Origin: Balanoglossus misakiensis | Taxonomy: Eukaryota; Animalia; Hemichordata | Length of the DNA stretch: 64,000 nucleotides | Assembly (NCBI GenBank): GCA_040954595.2 | Contig: CM082594.2 | Location: 2,374,247 to 2,438,246 of the forward strand | Direction: 5' to 3' | Part shown: positions 1 through 14,400 of the stretch, in pieces | How positions within the stretch are numbered: the stretch's first letter is position 1 | Layout: each line of letters opens with the position of its first letter | Position numbers and translations under genes: made by a program | Notes under the pieces: model-generated | Seen by the model: the letters and a program-made list of their open reading frames with translations, nothing else | What the model was told of the DNA's origin: nothing | The model's database searches: none

Positions 1-70
1 GTTGCTAGTCTGTTACCTTCACTTGTCTGAGAATGCTGCATAATCAAGACTTATTTAATAAGGACCTTAC

Positions 71-3000
71 CAGCTTGAGTCGTTTGTTATTTTGCACGTA
101 GAGATAGATTGGTTTGATGAACAGCATCCATGGTACACACAGTAAAACCACAAGCACAAGGAACACTTGCAACTGATTCTATTGGAGAGAAAAAATCATC
201 AAGATGTTAAAGGCCGTTTTCTCGATCCCAGGGAAGAACAATGAAGGCAAACAAGAAAGCCTTTGTGTTAGCCCGCAACTGTTCTATTGGAAACAAAAGA
301 TTTGACCCACTGTTGAGCAAGGGCCTTTAAAGGTTTCTGTGAAGGACCAATAATACTGTGAACACACAGGAGGGTAGTGTCCCTAGGGCTACAGAGTAGA
401 AACGGAATGAAGTACAGTAAAGATTGCCTAAACCAAACTCTAACAACCTGTGTATACTGAACATCCTTTCCTGTCCCTTTGACATAGAACCACATGTTAA
501 TGTGTCTGTGCCATGCCCATACCCACAACACGTAAAATCACCCTCTTGGTGGTGAAGTCAAGTTGTTGCTGTCTAGAATCTCATATCACCCAATAAGGTT
601 TAATAATGTTCAAGCAAAAGTGCCAGGTGGGCGTGTACCCCCAAAGCCTGTCCAGTCATCTTTTTTTCGTCTTTCCAAGGTTTCTCTGGCAGCTTCGTCT
701 TATTGAATGATATCTCACCTGTCCAGGAAAAAGGAGTTGGTCGTGAGGAACCGGTGTCAACAGAAACATATTGATGATGACAATCAGAAGACTAGGAGCA
801 TTGGCCGATGTAGCTGCATCAAACGTGAACCATTTAATGAAGATCATGATGACCAAGTATCCAAATATGCAAAACAGGAACAGAACTTGAGGGATGAACT
901 CACAGAAGATGTTTAATGGTTTCTTGAAGTACCTGTTATGGTGAAAGCAAAATGTCCGTGTCATTACTTGCCTTAGAGTCACTCCGGGATTTCCAATAGA
1001 AAACCCGGCCATTTGGTTTGTATTTCTGTAGATTATTTGTACACAACCCGATGGAGAAGTACCTAGTCATGAACTAATCTTGGAAAAGTCTGAACAGTTT
1101 TAATGGTACTTGATTCGCAGACATCACATGGTGCAACCTTATAGAATGCTGGCAGTGTATTTAAAGGGACAAAGTCTCTCTCTCGCTGCCCTTTTTTCCA
1201 TTAATTATGTTTGATACAAGACACCGTTTATATTATTCTACATGTGGATATATAGTGAATCAACGTTCGATCACACATGACTTCTATCCCACTTGTAGGA
1301 TATGTGTGTAAACATTTCGCCAAAATGAATAAACGGTAGAGACTGATTATTCATTTTGGCGAGTCAGTCAGTCATTATCTACAAGTGGGATGGCAGTTGT
1401 GTGTGGTTGGATGTTTAATCACTATATACAATGTATCCACATATAGAATAACATAAACGGTGACTTGTATCAAACATAATTAATGGAAAAAGAGGCAGAG
1501 AGAGAGAGAGACTTTGTCCCTTTAATTGACATCTCTTTCATAAAAGCTCAGCATAGTGCCTCCACACTCAGATTTAACACACCCAGAGTAACATGAAATT
1601 CCAATTAAATATATGGATCCCCTTATCACAGCAATGTTTACTTGGCAATGCAATGCTGGCAACATGTGTACATGTACACAGTCACTATGATGATTTTTGG
1701 CAACAAGATAGCAAGATAAATTAGTATGTATATGTACAACTTAGCACAATAACCTTGTATCAACTTTGACAAGACGATGGCCAGGCATGACTGTGTAGTG
1801 GCCCTGGGACATGACAAATCATAACAAAATGGAGACCTGGTGGCCACATTGGATCACAGTGCAAGACAAATTGACATATATACCAGGGTACACTGTCTAA
1901 TACCAAGTGCAAGCACGGCCAAGTAATTGCTCAGAGCATGGAAGAATTATAACAAACGGACGTCCGATGGCCATTTTGGATAATAACCCATGAGAAATAG
2001 ACATGTACATGTACAAAGTTTGAATGAAATCAGTCCAGGCAGTCTGAGTAATAGCTCAGTATAGACAGCAACCAACAGAAATCTTACACACAAAATAAAG
2101 ATACGTCCACGTCTTGGACTCAACCAGTATATCATCAACAGCCACCAATTGTTACAGACAATACTGTTATTTTGAGAAAAGTCTTACCTGTGATTCAGTA
2201 AACTCAGAAATATACCAAACATCATGTGCATGACACCAAATATGACGGATAACTTCATCTTGAATGAGTTGGTGAAGGTCAGTTCATTGAGAGATATTCT
2301 CCAAATCTGTAAGAAGCATGGTGATTTCATGAATTATAGTACATGTAATGTGATGCATGATAACAGACTTCAATTTTATGTTAGGTATGGTGTTGTAGTT
2401 TCAACCAAAAAAACTCTTACAGGGGTTTCTGCTGCCCAAACACAATGTGATCTTAAAAGTAATGATTTTAAGAACGGTTTAATAGGTGATTTAAGCTTTC
2501 ACCAGTGTGCATAGATACCACTTAAGGTAGTTGGAAAGGCTAGGGCGTCAGTTAAAATTTCATTTAAAAACACTGAATTTATATCTAGAAATGTATTAGA
2601 GAAAAATTAAACTCATGAAAAATTCGGGGCAATAAACGTGTAACAAGATATGGCTGGTTTTATTATACCTAATTTCATACATCTGGCAAGGAAGCTAGGG
2701 AGCCTTATTTGAGCGCCCTCTAGGGGAAGACTTCTCCTAGGCTATGCGCACAAGGACGGGTTCCCCTAGCCAAGGGCATTTAAATGTAACTTGCAAACAC
2801 TGATTCTTGCAATTTTCAACGATAGATAACCTTGCTTGTTTATTAAAGGCTGCCAAATTATGGACATTTTTGCATTTCTAGGGAACCCGAAAAGCCAGCG
2901 GAAAAGCGTTTGACCCAGATAAATGCGATCCTTCGCCGTGAACTGCCGCTAAACTTTGCGTATTTCGCTACTTTTCTGCCCTTCGCCATAATGTAATGGT

Positions 3001-6000
3001 TTTTATTTGTGATTGAATTGGTATGCCAGATAATTTTTTTATCATGAAACTTTCAGGAAAGGCTCGGGACATCCCAAAGAACAATTTTACGGGACAGTTT
3101 TTTCATAAGTTTTCCCGTTGTGTTTTGGCAGCACGTTAAAGTTGTATACAAAATATCAACAAAAACTGTGTTTTCCTGAGTGATAACTTTGAAAAAAATA
3201 AGTTTATGCTGAAAGTGTCCCGTACATTGCTGGAGGGGTTGCTTAATATTAAAATGAATACAAATTATTCAATAATTTGTGAAAACATGTCAAGATTCAA
3301 TCAATATTTTGTAAAATTATGAATATTTATATTTAGGCGTATCAAATTTCATAATTTTAGCATATATTTTTACAGTCATATTTTTCCCTCACTTTTGAGT
3401 TTGTTAAGAATACATGCTGCAAATTTCAAGTCATTATCTTTATTCTAACTTGTGAAAATAAATTCACAAACATTGAGAGAATTTGCTTCAAAAATAGCCT
3501 TTCCAACTACCTTAATATAAAGGATATACACATATTATTATAGAACATTAAATCTGTCTTCTTAAAGGTACACAGTCACCACGAATCGGAGTGTTCTAAA
3601 GAACATATGGTGGCACTCCTTTTTTCACTTGTGCCACCCTCTGAAAATCTGTGATTGGCTAGATCTCAGTTTGCCATGGTTAAACTGTAGCTAAATTTCC
3701 ATGGGTGACCGTATGCCTTAAATGTACCGTTACAGAATCTTATCTTATATTCGGTGGATAATTTGGACATTCATAGAACCAGAAAGTGGATTGAAACTGT
3801 GGTGAACAATTGTGCAATGTGTGGGGCCTGATTTAACAGACTGCGGTGCTGAGATTGTTTGTTGCAATTGATGTCAACTTGAATTGTATTATAAACACAC
3901 CTCATCCACAGTCTGTGTTCTCATTCGTCAATCGATAGTCACGTGGTATGCCTTCTTTTTGTGCTGATCCATATAAAACGATGTCATCAGTCATCAGTTG
4001 TCGGAACTGTTGCCTGCCGGGCATCAGTTCCGAAAAATGATGCCCGCCCATTTCAAAAACAACATATTGCGCATGCGCGAAACGGAAAGTAAACAAAGAT
4101 GTCGTCTGCAGCCGAGGGAAACGATAGTCAAGAAATTTCACCAGAGACTTTGTGTAACATGAGTTCTTATGCGTAGCTACGGATGAGATGTGTTACAAAA
4201 CACATATTGACTGGCTTTTTGGGCAACAGCATATGTCTTTCACCCCTCGGGACTGTGAGTCACCCCCCCCCCCCCAAAAAAAAAAAAAAAAAAAAAAAAA
4301 CAGACTCTTTCACGAGGCCGCAAGCCGATTGAAATGCCTTGGTCTGTTTAAAGCCTGAATGTTCAGACAGAGATATCCGACATGCCTTTGTTCAGAGGCA
4401 GTGCCAACTTATATGTGTACAAAAATGACCACACTGTTGCCCTAATTCAGTGATTTGTGCAGATTTCTTTCATCATCGACCCAAACTTGTTTTCACACGT
4501 GTGTCAAAAATCAGACACATTGCTGATTGTTTCACCATGCTTGATTTCCTGAAACAGCTGTTCAAATTTCTCACCATGGAGAAACAACAGTGTGGACAGT
4601 GCAACCGATGCATCAGCATTTTACATGACATTTTAACCCTTTCACCTCTAGTTCCTATAGAGGTCTAACCTTACCATAGAAAACAATGGGTATAGACTGA
4701 ACCGTGGTGGTGAAAGGGTTTTGTATTTTTAGAAGTCCCCTTGCCTAAGTGCATATCGCGCAGATTACATACATACCGGATCAAATCCAAATGCGTATGG
4801 TGAGCCTGTATAAGCTGTCTGTGGATCAAGCTGAAGATGCTCATTGTTTCTGATGGTGGAATTGCTGCAAAGAATCAGAGAATGTTTCATTAATTCTACA
4901 TGTTTTGTAAAGGTGCTGGTAATGATGATGACAACATTTCTGGCGACATTTCTGGCATATGCAGGTTTTACCTTTATTCCCATTAATTACAAACACATAC
5001 ATGCAATTGCAAGTGTGCATTAAAGGGACAAATTATGCTTGATACAAGACACTGTCTATGTTATTCTACATGTGGATATATAGTGAATCATTGTTCGACC
5101 ACACACACCTTCCATTCCACTTATAAACACGAGAGTGAAAAACTCGCCAAAATGAATAATCGATGTTTACCTTTTATTCAATTTGGTGAGATTTTTACTC
5201 TCATATCCTACAAACGGGACAAAAGATTATTGCCTAAACAATTCTGTTGTAACAAGTTGTACTACTTACTCATATCCAGCATTGCTAACAATGAATGAGG
5301 ATCCAAAGATATTGACTGACTTGGAATAAATATCATTGTATATCAGACCAGAATAGCATGCAAAGAAGCCCATCAAAAGGATCACATAGCGACCTCCATA
5401 AATGGTTCCAAACATCTGCAAAAAAAGAAGACAAAAATCAATGTGGCACCCTGAAACATCTGCACAGTTTTCCAGCATAAAATGCATGCAGACTCATTAA
5501 AGGGACAAAGTCTCTCTCTCGTTGCCCATTTTTCCCATTCATTATGTTTGATACAAGATACTGTTTATGTTATTCTACATGTGGATATATAGTGAATTAA
5601 AGTACAACCACACACAACTTCCATCCTGTTTTGAGAATATGAGACGAAAAATCTTGCCAAAATGAATAAATGGTAGAGACCGATTATTCATTTTGGCGAG
5701 TTTTGTGTCTACAAGTTGATTGAAAGTTATGTGTGGTCCAACAATGATTCACTATATATCCACATGTAGAATAACATAAACAGTATATTGTATCAAACAT
5801 AATGGAAAGGGGCAGCAAGAGAGAGACTTTGTCCCTTTAAACTCTCTTTTCTCCTCTCCTCAGGTATCACCCATTTGAAAATAATGTCTTCTCTAATAGG
5901 AATAATTACATACAGTGTAATAGGAACACATCGTTTGACAAATTGTTTTGACAGTGATGGGTTACATGCATTCTAATTGTGCAGTTGCAACGACAGGACT

Positions 6001-8450
6001 GGGGTAGGAACATTTGAATGGCAACAGAAAACAAAGTGAGCGTCATTCAATAAAAACGCCCAATACAAGCCTGATTTCTGGTCCCAAAACTACTTTCGTG
6101 AAAAAAAATCACTGGTCTCTTTACCTATTTCAGCCGATTTTCCAAGGCTTGTAGCTGTCGCAGCTGTCAGTGGGGGTAATCAGCCCTCCCGGTACAGCTG
6201 CATATCACAGCTAGGAAATATTCATTTCATATCAGCTTTTCATGTATGTACATCTTTGTGGAGTTGACCTACCTCACTTTCCTTTGCAGCTGCTGCTAGT
6301 TTCTTCTCACAGATGACCAGCCACAACCCAAAGAGAGCCATAATAACACCATGACCCGTATCGCCAAACATGACCGCAAACAAGAATGGGAAAGTAATGA
6401 TGGTGTATGGTGCTGAAATTTCAAAGAAAACAATGTCACTATTTCCACATCATTCAGGAAGTCTTCCATTAATGTACAGTACACATTGGTCACTTGGCAC
6501 AATAACTTGTAAGAAATTGGACTGTACAAATTACACTAATCAAAGTAAGATATCATGGCCCTTCAGTGAATTGAAAAAAATGATGAGAAAAATACAATGT
6601 CCAGTGTGCTATCTCCTTCATTAAGTTAAGTAACATTGCCTGAAATAGAATTTGCATGGGTTGATTAAAATGGCTTTGGAGTGGAGTGAATATTGCTCGA
6701 CGACACAACACCACAGCGAATGCCGGGGTTCAAACCCACGAATCTCCCATCAAGAGTCTACTGCTCTAACCACTGAACTATGATGCCTCCTCAATGCAAG
6801 TGCATTGTTCATTGGATGTTCAAATCTTTGAATTATTTCGTTTGTGAGGAACAGTCCTGAATATAGAAGTTTCTTTTGCTTCCACAAATGGAACATTCTG
6901 ACGAGTGACTTTTCTTACCTGGGTTGATTTCTCTGTAATTTCCAACGCCATATGCATCTACAATGGCTTGGAATGCGGCAGTGAATTTATTGGTACGGTT
7001 GTAGGTGGGTGGATCTTCCTTTGTTTGCATACGATTCAAAATAGATGGTACACTGGAACCACTTCTGTCCTATGTGGATAAAGAAATACAATCCATTAAC
7101 CCTAACGCTGCCAAGTCAGTTGAAACTGGTTTGATTTCCATGGTGCCTAGAATCCTGGCTCCCAGGCCTGTTAGACTGCCAAGTGCATGTTATTCAGTAG
7201 GGCCTATACAAGACCCTCAGACCAAAACAGTACAAACCAGTGCAATTTGGTACATTTACAGGGGGCTCAGACTGCCACATGTGTCTAAGTACGTATGAGA
7301 GCCATGTCAAGACAGTCAAAATACATTTTAGGAGAAAAAGTGGCAAATGCGTATTTGAAGGGACTTGACACTCTAAACAGGTATGACACCCAGTAACAAT
7401 AGGTTTAAAAAATTGTGAAATGGTCACTTACTGTTCCTCTTCTCAAAGCTTGTTGAATACTCTCCAAGTCAGTTACAGGACACCAACATTCCGCAATCAG
7501 ACATTTCTGAGTAACATCCAGGTTGAACAAGTTCAAAGTGTGGTAGATAGCTTTGATCTTGCACACTTTCACAAACCAGACTTTGATGTTCTTTGCAGCT
7601 GATGCCAACACACGGTGACGGTGGTCCTGGGTTTGACCCAAAACCTAGAATAATAATACACATTTCAAGAAATAGCGTCAATGACATTGTGCTCTCATTT
7701 GATCAAAATTGATACATTCAATTCTGGCTGCCTTAAATAGGTTTGAAATTTCACTTTGCGCTAGGGGGTCAAATCACATTGCATTCTGGACGAAAAGTCG
7801 ACAACCCACTGTAGTAAAGAGATAGGAGAAATGATATGTTTACTGTACTTCATGACTTTCTTTTGTCTGTCTTTGTAGTTACCATAATTTTTAAACTCAT
7901 TAAGCTTTTTTCACATTTTGTTATTTTTTTCTGTTAAAAAGTTTCAGAATGACCCATCATCACTTTAACTTATGAACTCCCATTTCTTAAACATGGCAAA
8001 AATCGGCCATCTTGAAATTGTGTCGACCATATGAGATTTTCATCACGCACTTAGGTAGTTTAAAACCTATTTAAGGTAGGGAGAATTCTGCTGTACACTT
8101 TTTATCATTTGCTTCTAGGCACGTTCTGATGAATTGCCAACATAAACCTACAGGGGCTGCTGATACTGAAGGAGAAAATGGCCAAAAATCTAAACCAAAA
8201 TTGAAACAGATTGACTTACGGTCTGCAGGTCTTCAATTCTTGTCATCACACCCATTGCCATTTCACGTCTTTCTGCTTGTGTTTCTGGACATGGATAAAG
8301 GGTGGCACGGAATCTGCAAGCCAGGTTCAACACAGCAAGGTTGATATCAGAAAAAATTCACTTGTACAAATATAACCAGAGGTAATGACAACACACTCAC
8401 AAATTTGCACCAAACTTACACACACACTCGCACGCATGCCCACACGCACA

Positions 8451-8481
<31 letters not shown>

Positions 8482-11400
8482 CATACAACGAAACACTTCA
8501 GTTCAATTACATGTAAAAATTTCTCACCCTTCACAGATTTTCTTGACACGTGATTTCAGTTGATCTCCTTGAAAGAATATGATGAAGACAGTTTTGTTGA
8601 CTTGATCTCCCTGTAATATTGAATTGAACACAACATCATTGAAAGTTCATCCACCTTAAATGTGACAATAGGTTCACAGAACCATCAATTTATGCAAATA
8701 ATTACAAAACTGAGTTCACTACCATGGCGATTATCAATAATGTTTTTGTTTGCCATGACCTTGTTTCCTCACTAGATATAAACCCAATTAACATAAATTA
8801 TGGAGATCATGATTACCCCTTCTTTAATCAACCCCTCCCCCCCCCCCTTGATTTTGGACTATTAACCCTACGCTGCCAAGTCGGTTGAAACTGGTTTGAT
8901 TTCCAGGGTGCCTAGAATCCTGGCTCCCAGGCCTGTTAGGCTGCCAAGTGCGTTTAACTCAGTAGGGCCTACATTTGTATACAAGACCCTCAAACCAAAC
9001 CAGTACGATTTGGTACATTTTTCGGAGGGTTTAAACTGCCAAGTGTGTCGAAGTATGTATGAGAGCCATGCCAAGACAGTCAAAATACATTTACGAAGAA
9101 AAAGTGGCAAATACGTATTTTAAGGGACTTCCCCCTTCTCTCAACATCCTGGAGAAAACATTGCTGCATCCAGAACGTGGTATATTTTGTGGCCCTATTC
9201 CCTTTGCACTACATTTATTGGCAGACACACTATGCAGAATATTCCAGTTGACACAATTTACACCCTCTTGAAACAGAAGCATATCTGGTGCATGATAATG
9301 ACAACTCCCGGTGATCCAAACGCTATGACAAGATATAGTAAGACATCACATGGCAAGATACAGACAGGCAGAGAGTTCTAATAAGAGTCAATGCGATGTA
9401 CTGAAGTTTCCAGATTAGACAGGTTCACACTCAGACAGGTTTTCTATTCTTCGATATCAAATGACGTCAGACGCGCTCAGGCGGCACTAACGTTCGCATT
9501 TAAATTTCCAGATGACGGGCAACTTCAGCAACGTGGACTTACGTGGTGCAGACAAAGACTGTGCAGACGAAATGCCATGAGGGTGATGAGGCAACATACC
9601 CGATACATGTTACGTGTCTGGCGGTTCTAAAGCAAAAACATACTCGGAAAAACGTTTACTGGATGCTGAAATATTGCTTGCCCGTCACCTGGAAATGACA
9701 ACGCCGTGGATAACATTGCCAGATCAAGTGATTGATAGTAAAGAATTTGTAACTTACAGTGCTGGGGTCCTCCAAAGGGGATTCTATCTCTGCCTGCTTG
9801 AGGAACACATTTCCACGACAGGCACGCCACAGCATTCTCTCAAAACTTGGAATGCGTTCACGGGGAATGACACCAGCAACAAACCTGAAAATATTTAGTA
9901 AAGTTGTTCTGTGAATTTTTCGGTTAATGAATCAAATTCATCACTTTGCCATCTGGCCAGCTGCAGCGCAAACACTGAATTATTCACGTTGGCATAACTG
10001 TTGAAATGTTCTGTCTGCACAGATAAAAACAATGCCTTGGTGTCGGTGACCAAGTACGTAACACAATGTGAAAATGTCGACAGAACTTCTGGACTCAAGA
10101 CACGTCTGTTGATTGGTACTACAACATGTGCGAAATGCTAAGGCAAACCGTGGCAAGTTTCACACATCTTGCGAGACAAAGGGCAAAAATGACAAATATG
10201 AAAATTTTGCAAAAAATTTCAGAGGATAAGATTTTAACCAATAATCAGGAAAAGACAACAGACAGAGGGATTGCCATAACACATACAGCCCTGCAACAGC
10301 TACTGTGCCTGATACTGTAAAATGTCGACCTATTATCCAAACCCATGGAACTTGACCATGTAATGCAGAATAACAGTAACTGTTTTTTGGACTGATTTTT
10401 GGACCATCAATTTTTTGCTACTGACCATCGAAGTGTGTATGTGGAGGTCAACATGGACCACTGATAATAAAAATGAACCCTGTCATCCATTGTCTTACAA
10501 AGAAGTGAATTTAACCCTAATGCTGCCAAGTCAGTTGAAATTGATTTGATTTCCAGGGTACCTAGAATCCTGGCTCCCAGGCCTGTTTGACTGCCAAGTG
10601 CGTGTTAATCAGTAGGGCCTATACAAGACCCTCAGACCAATACAGTACGAACCAGTACGATTTGGTACATTTTACCACGGTCAGAGTGACCGTGATTTTA
10701 CAGGGGGCTCAGACTGCCAAGTGTGTCTAAGTACGTGTAAGAGCCATGTCAAGACAGTCAAAATACGTTTTAGAAGAAAAAGTGGCACATACGTATTTTA
10801 AGGGACTTGACACTCTAAACAGATATGACACCCAATAGCATTAGGGATAAAGAGAGAATGACCTACCCAAGTCTCATTGCTTGACCTGGTCTCACTCCTT
10901 CTTCACCAAGCAAGGCATGGGACTCTTCTGCCAAACTGGGATCATGCATCTGCTGGTGATGCAATTCAGCCTATTATCACCAGGAAAACAAATTACTGGT
11001 GCTATAATAACTACAGGGCCAAGCATGCAACAATCACAATACACAGCAATAAATAAAAGCATTAGTATTAAGGACCTAATAAAACAAAACATCAATGCAA
11101 GTGAATTTAGTATTGGAAAATTAAATGAATAAACATGAAGGGAAATTAAAATTTCATTGCATGCATGCATTCATTCTCAATAAATAATTCATAACATACA
11201 TGTTATAAACATAGACTATGTAGTTATTTTTTTTTCAGAGCAGTAATTGGGTTACATTTCAGGACAAAGGGACAAAGAAAAACATCACGGACAATATGCC
11301 CTATTTTAACACAAATGGAACATTTAAATGTATCAAACAACTGCCATCATTCTGGCTCAGGGCTGCTTTAAATAAGTTTCTACTTCATGCTAGGGGGTCA

Positions 11401-14400
11401 AATCACATTGTAATTATTGCATTTTGGATAAAAGGTCAACAACTCACTGTAGCAAGAGATAGAAGAAATGGTATGGTAACTGTATTTTCATGACTTCTGT
11501 TGATCAAACATTTCTGTCTTTGTAGTTAGCATATTAAACTCATTTAATTTTTTTTCACACTTTTATCACTTTTTCAGTTTCATAATAATCCAATTACCTG
11601 ATGAACTTCCTTTTCTTAAACATGGTAAAAATCAGCCATTGTGATATTGTGTCAACCATATGAGATACTGTAAAACATGTTATTTTCGCGAGTTGAAATT
11701 TTTCGCAATATCTAGAGAGGCCACTGTTACGCGAGTATTAATTTTCGCGTTCTCATACTGCATCGTTTTCTCCAAAAAACTACAATTGTACGCTTATTTG
11801 TCACATTTGTAGCAACATTCTTGGCCACAAACCACGATGTTCTAACGAAATGCATGATGTGTAGCAAAATCATGAAACCGCAACAATTTTAATAAATTAC
11901 CTGCACTTTCATTCAAACTGAAAACATTTTGTTGCATGTGTGTTTGACTATCGTTCTATTACTAGTATTTACCACATTGTGGTTTCACAACTATATTTAC
12001 GCAAGTCTTTATTTTCGCGTTTTTGGGGCTCTAGCGTATTTTGTGTAAATTAATTGCTCGCGAAAATAACATATTTTACAGTATTCATCACTCACCATGG
12101 GAGCAAAAACCTATTTAAGACAGGGAGAATTGAATAACATCTTACAAAACAAGTTCACAAGCTCGGCTACATACACACCTCATCAAAGAAATTCTGGGTC
12201 TTCCTCAGGATATGTTTCAACTCAGTAAGCTCCAAAAAATTTCTTTTGAGCGCCTCTTGGTTGGTGTTGACCTCCTTCATTTCATTCTCCAGCTTTTCAA
12301 AAGTTGCCTGTTTAATGAAAACCATCAGTTACAAGTCAGTGTCAACGACATAGTTTGATTAATTGATTAAAGGGACAAAATCTCTCTCTCGCTGCCCCTT
12401 TTTCTATTAATTATGTTTGATACAAGACAACTTTTATGTTAATCTATATCTGGATCTATAGTGAATCAACGTTCGACCACACACAATTTCCATCCCACTT
12501 GTATGATATGAGAGTAAAAATTGTCCCAAAATGAATAAATGGTAGAGACCAATTATTCATTTTAGCAAGTTTTTTCACTCTCTACAAGCAGGATGGAAGG
12601 TGTGTGTGGTCGAACATTCATTCACTATATATCCACAAGAATAACATAAACGGTGTCTTGTATCAAACAAAATCAATGGAAAAAGGGCAGCGAGAGAGAG
12701 ACTTTGTCCTTTCAACAAGCACCGAAGGAAATCACTGTGGAATGACATCAGTCAAGTCATATCTGCAAAAGAGCTCTAACAACAAAGTGTTAGCCTGTAA
12801 CTATTACATGCACATATACACATGCTACCGCCATAGTACAATTGTATTCATACTAAGTTTGAATGAAATGAACTTAAATGTGTGTAGTTTTCCTTTTATG
12901 AAAGACACAGTAATTCTAACTTTGAACGATTTCTATACATTCTTCGATGCTGTCATCATTGAAATTGAACCATAATTTGCTGAGCAGTAATTCTATGTAG
13001 AAGACCTTGTCAGTAGAGAGTTTGTGTCTCGTTCACGATCATTAATGCAACCGTATTATTTACAGGTGAGCATGTTTATGGCATAGATAGCCTTCTGTTT
13101 CAGATATCTTCGTTTTATACATGTAGTTATATAGTTTAAACGGATTGCCCATTGGAACTCAGCCATGGTGACAAGTTTCTAACAGGACTCCGTAGTTGTG
13201 GGACCCTCTAGTACTGCACAAACTCCCAAAACTTTTTCGTCATCATCCGGGTAGTTTTCCCAGCATTCATTTGCCAAAATGGCTGCAAATGGGTTTGTTC
13301 ATTTTGCCCAACTATGTTATTTTTTTCTGCGCCAATTTCACAGATGCGTGCATTTCACATCAAAATTTTGCCTCAGATGTGAGGAAGACCTAAGTAAGAA
13401 CCAATGAAATGTGGTTTTAGGCTTGTCAGAACTTCTCCTTTAAGAATACGAGTAAATCATTGTAATACATGCATCTACCTCCAAATCTATCATCTCCCTT
13501 GGTGGTGGAGCTTCAGGATTCTCTCCAGTATCTGCTATTGTAATATTAGCTTTCTTAATTTCCTTCTCAAGAAAACCTGCAAATAATCACATAACACCTG
13601 TTGCTGATATCTGTAAATACCTTAAAAGGATATAAGCTTTTACGTTTAGCTCTATTTTCAGTATTTTTGTTCTGTGTACCAAATGCAATTTCTTGTTTTA
13701 GTCCAAACAGCATGCTATACCCAGTACCCTGCTTGTAGACATAGCCTGTATGAGTATAACGGCCATTGTTATTGTTGACAAATAATTTCTAGTCCGGACA
13801 TGAATTTTAATTTATATCAATAACACAATACAGGCTATACACATACATATAGTGTTGATAGTGATATGCTAAATGCTGGGCATTTCATCGTGTTTCCAGA
13901 ATTTGAACAAGAAACTGCAGTAGGTACGCAAAATAAAACTGCTGAAAACATAGCGAAAATATACATCTAATGGAGCTTTAACCCTTTTACCGCTAGTTCC
14001 TGCTATTGTGGGAACACAGTAGGGCGCCACCAGGTCAATGCCACTGTGACCCAAGATTTCTTTCATTCGCAAACTCTGGAACGAGGCTGCTGGAGGGGTT
14101 AGCGCCCTCAAGCGGTTTGTAGAGTTGACAGTCTCTTTCTCCTATGTGGTCTGCCATGATAGTGGCTGACGTCAGAGTTGGAGCTGCTGACCGAACACAA
14201 CAATAAAAGTGGCGCCGCAAAATGGAAGTTTATGTCGTCAGTGTATATTCTTTTCTTTGACGCCCAGGCACCTGGGGTCACACCACTGTGTGTGTGATGC
14301 CAAATTAATGTCACATCACATTCAGCGCAAATGTTAAAAAGTTGCTACTTACGTAATTTTCTCTCCATTTCATCACAGCGTCTAACTTCATTGACAAACT

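Noticed and set aside
3780-4420. 79-aa ORF and CpG-rich patch in a paralog A intron
   Set aside because: Probably a decayed repeat next to a hairpin motif and homopolymer runs; boundaries could not be defined.
6694-6790. tRNA gene
   Set aside because: A and B boxes are present but no cloverleaf or acceptor stem; fits a SINE head.
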